Assembly: GCA_965612795.1 (NCBI GenBank)
Contig: CBFDTI010000046.1
Location: 1 to 10,283 of the forward strand
Length of the DNA stretch: 10,283 bases
Direction of reading: 5' to 3'
From: an uncultured bacterium
GTDB taxonomy: Bacteria; Hydrothermota; UBA3073; NMUJ01
Below are positions 6,591-10,283 of this stretch, piece after piece. Below the pieces are notes generated by a model, which was not told the origin of the DNA, did no database searches, and was given only the letters and a program-made list of their open reading frames with translations. Position 1 is the stretch's first letter; every line of letters begins with the position of its first letter. Both the position numbers and the translations under genes were made by a program.

Positions 6591-7460
6591 ATGTTGACCG
6601 TTCTGAAGCTGCGTGCTATACAGTTGGGTACATTGGTACGCTACATAAGTGGAAGGTTTGTAGGCTATAAAATAGCGGTAATGTTGGGGTTGTTGGCGTT
6701 CATCGTACTTCGGGGACGACGTCATCGGATACGTGATAACCTTCTGAATATTATTGGTAAAACGTCGGGTATATGGCGTAACTTTGTAAATTTTGCCCTT
6801 ACCTATACAGATTTTTTGGCAATACCACGGATGAAGTGTGAGGATTTCAAAAAGCTCGCCCAACCAGAGGGGCTCCAGTACCTTGACGAGGCACTCAGCT
6901 TAGGTAAGGGGGTGCTCTTCATCAGTGCACATATGGCAAATACTGAGCTAGCTGCTTGTTATATTACAAGCTACGGTTACGATACGGTTACAGTAGCTGA
7001 GCTGCGCGGAACAGGTGAACGCTGGTATGAGATGATGAATAAATTCCGTTCACACACGGGGATGGAGGTGTTACCGCTCGAGGATGCGAGCACCCCTAAA
7101 CGTATAATAGAGCGGTTACGTGCTAATAAAGTAGTGGTGTTGTTGGGTGACAGGGATATCACAGGAAGGGGGGTAGAGGTTTGTTTCTTAGGTAAGAGGA
7201 TGAAATTACCCAAAGGACCTGCACGGTTGGCACTTGCCACAGGTAGCCCAATAGTTACTGCATTTTTTGTGAAAGGCGCTCGCAAATATAAAGCATGGGT
7301 CGATCCCATAATCGATTACAAACCCACTGGCAATAAAGAAAAGGATATCAAAAATATTACCCAAATAATAGCTAGAAGGCTTGAAGTTGTAATCCGAAAA
7401 TATCCACACCAGTGGCATGTATTCCAAGTAAAATGGAACGAACTCGCAAACTGCGCATAG
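6591..7460 (+). CDS. Lipid A lauroyltransferase-superfamily acyltransferase, PatA (phosphatidylinositol mannoside acyltransferase)-like
   Basis: N-terminal membrane segment, RR...DNL, EGLQYLDEAL..GKGVLF, HX4E motif HMANTE, LLGDRD, V.FLG...PKGPA.LA..TG, C-terminal PHQWHVFQVKW. Confidence 0.85.
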   Translation: MLTVLKLRAIQLGTLVRYISGRFVGYKIAVMLGLLAFIVLRGRRHRIRDNLLNIIGKTSGIWRNFVNFALTYTDFLAIPRMKCEDFKKLAQPEGLQYLDEALSLGKGVLFISAHMANTELAACYITSYGYDTVTVAELRGTGERWYEMMNKFRSHTGMEVLPLEDASTPKRIIERLRANKVVVLLGDRDITGRGVEVCFLGKRMKLPKGPARLALATGSPIVTAFFVKGARKYKAWVDPIIDYKPTGNKEKDIKNITQIIARRLEVVIRKYPHQWHVFQVKWNELANCA

Positions 7461-8566
7461 CACTTGTGTCGAGCCATTATTATCCACATGTGGGAGGAGT
7501 ATCCGAGCATATTTATCATTTATGGAGACAGCTCAAACGTAAAGGGCATTCTGTAAAAATAATCACAGGTAAGATGGAAGGTACTGCACCCAACGAGTAT
7601 GATGTGATAAGGGTAGGTAAAGGTATGTTGTTCCCAATACCGTTGAACTTGTCGTTTTCGAGGTTCACAATAGGTGGAAAGTTACCTGGGGAGCTCAGAA
7701 AAGTGTTGAAGGAAGGTAAATTCGACATCGTACATATTCATGAGGGGCTGGTACCATTTTTACCACTACTCACGATAAGGTATTCTGATGCACGTAAGGT
7801 ATTGACATTTCATGCGGGGTTCGATAGAAGCCTATGGTACGGAATTATGCGACCTATACTTGAGCCATACTTTACAGAGCTTGATGCGGTGATAGGGGTT
7901 TCGGAGGTGGCAGTTAACTCACATAAACAGTACTTTCCTGGTAAGTATAGGATTATACCTAATGGGATTGATGTTGATAAATTTCAACCTAACGGCAAGA
8001 AGATAGAGGCATTACTTAAATATAAGTATAGGTTATTATTTGTTGGTAGGTTGGAACCACGTTCCGGCTTACCGTATCTATTAAAGGCGATGACACATGT
8101 GGTGCGTGCTGTACCTGAAGCGGTGTTGGTTGTTGTGGGTGAAGGTCCCTACCGATATAAATATCAAAGGATGGTACCTTCCCATGTATCTCAAAACATA
8201 ATATGGTGTGGCCGTATACCACCTGAATCGGGCCTGTTGCCATGTTACTACAGGACAGCTGACTTGTTTGTGGCACCTTCACCCGGTGGACATTCGTTCG
8301 GCATTACGTTATTGGAAGCCATGTCAACCGGCATCCCGGTGGTGGCATCTTCGATATCTGGCTATAGGCAGCTCGTTGACGATGGTAAAACCGGTTTACT
8401 TGTACCGCCGGGCGACGTCAGCACATTGGCTGAGAAGATCGTCATGTTGCTCCAGGATACGCGATTAAGGCATACACTTGGCAGTAATGGACGTCGCAAG
8501 GCGTTACAGTTTGCTTGGGATAAAGTAGCCGATACTGTGGAGAAGGTTTATTATGAACTGGTATGA
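7433..8566 (+). CDS. Family 4 (GT-B) glycosyltransferase, PimA/PIG-A-like
   Basis: RIALVS.HYYPHVGGVSEHIYHL, FDIVHIHE, TFH, VS, IPNGID, FVGRLEPR, PSPGGHSFGITLLEAMSTG.PVVAS.I.GY. ATG at 7433 preferred over GTG at 7412; overlaps the acyltransferase by 28 nt. Confidence 0.9.
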   Translation: MERTRKLRIALVSSHYYPHVGGVSEHIYHLWRQLKRKGHSVKIITGKMEGTAPNEYDVIRVGKGMLFPIPLNLSFSRFTIGGKLPGELRKVLKEGKFDIVHIHEGLVPFLPLLTIRYSDARKVLTFHAGFDRSLWYGIMRPILEPYFTELDAVIGVSEVAVNSHKQYFPGKYRIIPNGIDVDKFQPNGKKIEALLKYKYRLLFVGRLEPRSGLPYLLKAMTHVVRAVPEAVLVVVGEGPYRYKYQRMVPSHVSQNIIWCGRIPPESGLLPCYYRTADLFVAPSPGGHSFGITLLEAMSTGIPVVASSISGYRQLVDDGKTGLLVPPGDVSTLAEKIVMLLQDTRLRHTLGSNGRRKALQFAWDKVADTVEKVYYELV

Positions 8567-9315
8567 TGGTAGTACTCGCTTACCATAAGCTCACAAGATG
8601 GGAGTGGGGTGGTACTTGGGTGTTACCTAGCGAGTTCAAGAAACAGATGCAATACATAAAGTCAAGAAATATAAAGGTTGTAAAGCCTGACGAGTTTGAT
8701 GTAGGTTCAGAGCTTGCTGGTATACTCATAACGTTTGATGATGGGTACGCTGATATATACAAAGTGGCGTTCCCGTTATTGGAACAGTTGAATTTCAGCG
8801 CACTGGTGTTTCTTGTGGTTGATTATATCGGTAAGGAGAATACATGGGATGCAAATATAGGGTTCAGACGTTACAAGCATCTTAATTGGTATCAGATACG
8901 GGAAATGCAACGTTATGGCATAAAGTTTGGGTCACACTCGTTGACACATCCGGATTTACGTAAAGTAGCGCGTGCCACAGCAATCCGTGAGATAATGGAT
9001 TCGAAGAAATTGCTCGAAGATAAGCTAGGTGAAGCTGTCGATTACTTTTCGTATCCGTTCGGTTTGTATAATGAGGAGCTTGAAGATATTGTTGCGGCTG
9101 CTGGTTATAAATGTGCGTTTTCACTTAATCCATTCTCAAGGTCACGTTGGAGCTATGGTAGGTTAGCGGTTTATGTTGTAGATACACTGTGTTGGTTTAA
9201 AAATAAGATTTATCCGAGTTCACCACTATTTAAGGTGGAACAGTTCAAGTCACGCACAATAAACCGATTTGGAGCACTCACATTTATTTGGAAACAGATG
9301 ATCACTCGCGTGTAA
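8563..9315 (+). CDS. Polysaccharide deacetylase family (CE4, NodB homology) protein
   Basis: LAYH, ITFDDGY, GSHSLTH, FSYPFG; ATGA coupling with the GT4 stop; no obvious signal peptide. Confidence 0.9.
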   Translation: MMVVLAYHKLTRWEWGGTWVLPSEFKKQMQYIKSRNIKVVKPDEFDVGSELAGILITFDDGYADIYKVAFPLLEQLNFSALVFLVVDYIGKENTWDANIGFRRYKHLNWYQIREMQRYGIKFGSHSLTHPDLRKVARATAIREIMDSKKLLEDKLGEAVDYFSYPFGLYNEELEDIVAAAGYKCAFSLNPFSRSRWSYGRLAVYVVDTLCWFKNKIYPSSPLFKVEQFKSRTINRFGALTFIWKQMITRV

Positions 9316-10210
9316 GTTGTGCGAATATCTCCTCAAGAGATAAACGTTTGCTTTCCAACCCCCATAGGGTCCAGCCACGTTCTTTGACGAAGTTAAAAAC
9401 ATGCGGCCGTATATCCGTATGACTTTTGATCTCCCATATATGACGAGTCTCGATCGACTTCACAATTTTAGCATCTATTATATCTGGTATTCCAGACCAA
9501 TCAATATCTGTGGGCCCCTCTATCTCCGCATGGATGACAGTCTCACCGCCTGAAATTTCGTGTAATTTATCACGCGGTGTGTCGGCAACTATTTCACCTT
9601 TGTGAATAATGATGATACGTTTTGCGATACTTTCAGCCTCTGGCAGTATATGGGTTGATAACAGAATCGTTTTCTCCTTGCCAAGCTCTTTTATGAGCTC
9701 ACGTACCTGTATGCTTTGGATAGGATCGAGTCCTTCGGTAGGCTCGTCCAATATCAGTATAGGTGGATCATGCAATATAGCTTGTGCCAACCCCACACGC
9801 CGTTTGTAACCGCGTGATATCTCACGTATGGGGCGATCGAGTACGTCGCAGATCCCTAACCGCTCCGATACCTCACCTATACGGTGTGAGAGACGCTCAA
9901 CCCCATGAATCTTACCCAAAAATGATAGATATTCACGCGGTGTCATCTCCTCATAGAGGGGGTTAGTTTCTGGTAAATATCCTATGAGCTTCTTAACTTT
10001 CAGCGGATGTTCGAGAATGTTGTAGCCACCTATTTCACAGTATCCGCTCGTGGGCGGGAAATAGCCTGTGAGTACACGTAAGGTGGTAGTTTTGCCTGCA
10101 CCGTTGGGGCCTAGGAATGCAACTATTTCACCTTTTTCTAACCTAAAAGATATGTTATTAACTGCTATAAAGCCGTCATATGCTTTAGTTAGATTGTGTA
10201 CCTCGATCAT
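9302..10210 (-). CDS. ABC transporter ATP-binding protein, ABC-2/GldA-like
   Basis: Walker A GPNGAGKTT, GYLPE.NPLY, variant signature ISRGYKRR (GldA-type LSKGY), Walker B ILILDEPT, H-loop STH, terminal SLEEIFAQLT; G-rich RBS at 10214-10220. Confidence 0.92.
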   Translation of the reverse strand: MIEVHNLTKAYDGFIAVNNISFRLEKGEIVAFLGPNGAGKTTTLRVLTGYFPPTSGYCEIGGYNILEHPLKVKKLIGYLPETNPLYEEMTPREYLSFLGKIHGVERLSHRIGEVSERLGICDVLDRPIREISRGYKRRVGLAQAILHDPPILILDEPTEGLDPIQSIQVRELIKELGKEKTILLSTHILPEAESIAKRIIIIHKGEIVADTPRDKLHEISGGETVIHAEIEGPTDIDWSGIPDIIDAKIVKSIETRHIWEIKSHTDIRPHVFNFVKERGWTLWGLESKRLSLEEIFAQLTRE

Positions 10211-10283
10211 GATCCCCCCCTATTTTCGATAGGTAGAACGAGATCTTTAGCGTTTCACCAGCTGCTACGGTTACCTTTTTGAT
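10185..10283 (-). CDS. C-terminal fragment of an upstream protein, possibly ending in a PEGA/carboxypeptidase-regulatory-like beta domain (5' truncated)
   Basis: The only minus frame that stays open up to the ATPase start: IKKVTVAAGETLKISFYLSKIGGDHDRGTQSN*. The V-x-V-x-x-GET-x-x-I-x-x-x-L pattern is PEGA-like. Overlaps the ATPase start by 26 nt. Confidence 0.45.
   Translation of the reverse strand: MKKVTVAAGETLKISFYLSKIGGDHDRGTQSN

Noticed and set aside
6591..7460. Calling the acyltransferase lpxL/htrB or patA, and the GT pimA
   Set aside because: Same superfamilies, but orthology cannot be fixed without a tree, and the GT motifs deviate; symbols left blank.
344..9966. Many short alternative-frame or antisense ORFs (e.g. 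344-637, 1731-2030, 2366-2800, 3120-3341, 3514-3837, 5266-5631, 6585-6863, 6977-7309, 8208-8468, 9609-9809)
   Set aside because: They lie over well-supported genes, have Ser/Thr/Ile/Pro-rich shadow composition, and show no recognisable motifs.

Overview
Compact, gene-dense bacterial chromosomal window with no mobile element or CRISPR. The T9SS-type C-terminal domain, very short hydrophobic N-terminus and GldA-like ATPase suggest an FCB-related lineage such as WOR-3 (inference). Left to right: end of a YfhO-like membrane protein, alr, panB and thiL on +; a convergent Gly-rich DUF5518-like membrane protein on -; a large secreted S8 subtilase with a T9SS-type CTD on +; two CCA-less tRNA-Arg genes (UCG, UCU) and cdd on -; a divergent operon on + (PatA-like acyltransferase, PimA/PIG-A-like GT4, CE4 deacetylase); and a GldA-like ABC ATPase plus the end of an upstream gene on -. 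Main points of interest: (1) a possible uncharacterised glycolipid pathway whose GT4 has two altered donor-binding residues; (2) a Glu-His-Ser instead of Asp-His-Ser subtilase triad; (3) a recurring TTG(A/C)NN-N15-TANNN(T/A) promoter-like geometry ahead of all five internal transcription units, including a symmetric, apparently leaderless bidirectional promoter; (4) three convergent junctions with no room for terminators. All family calls come from motif recognition, not database searches.
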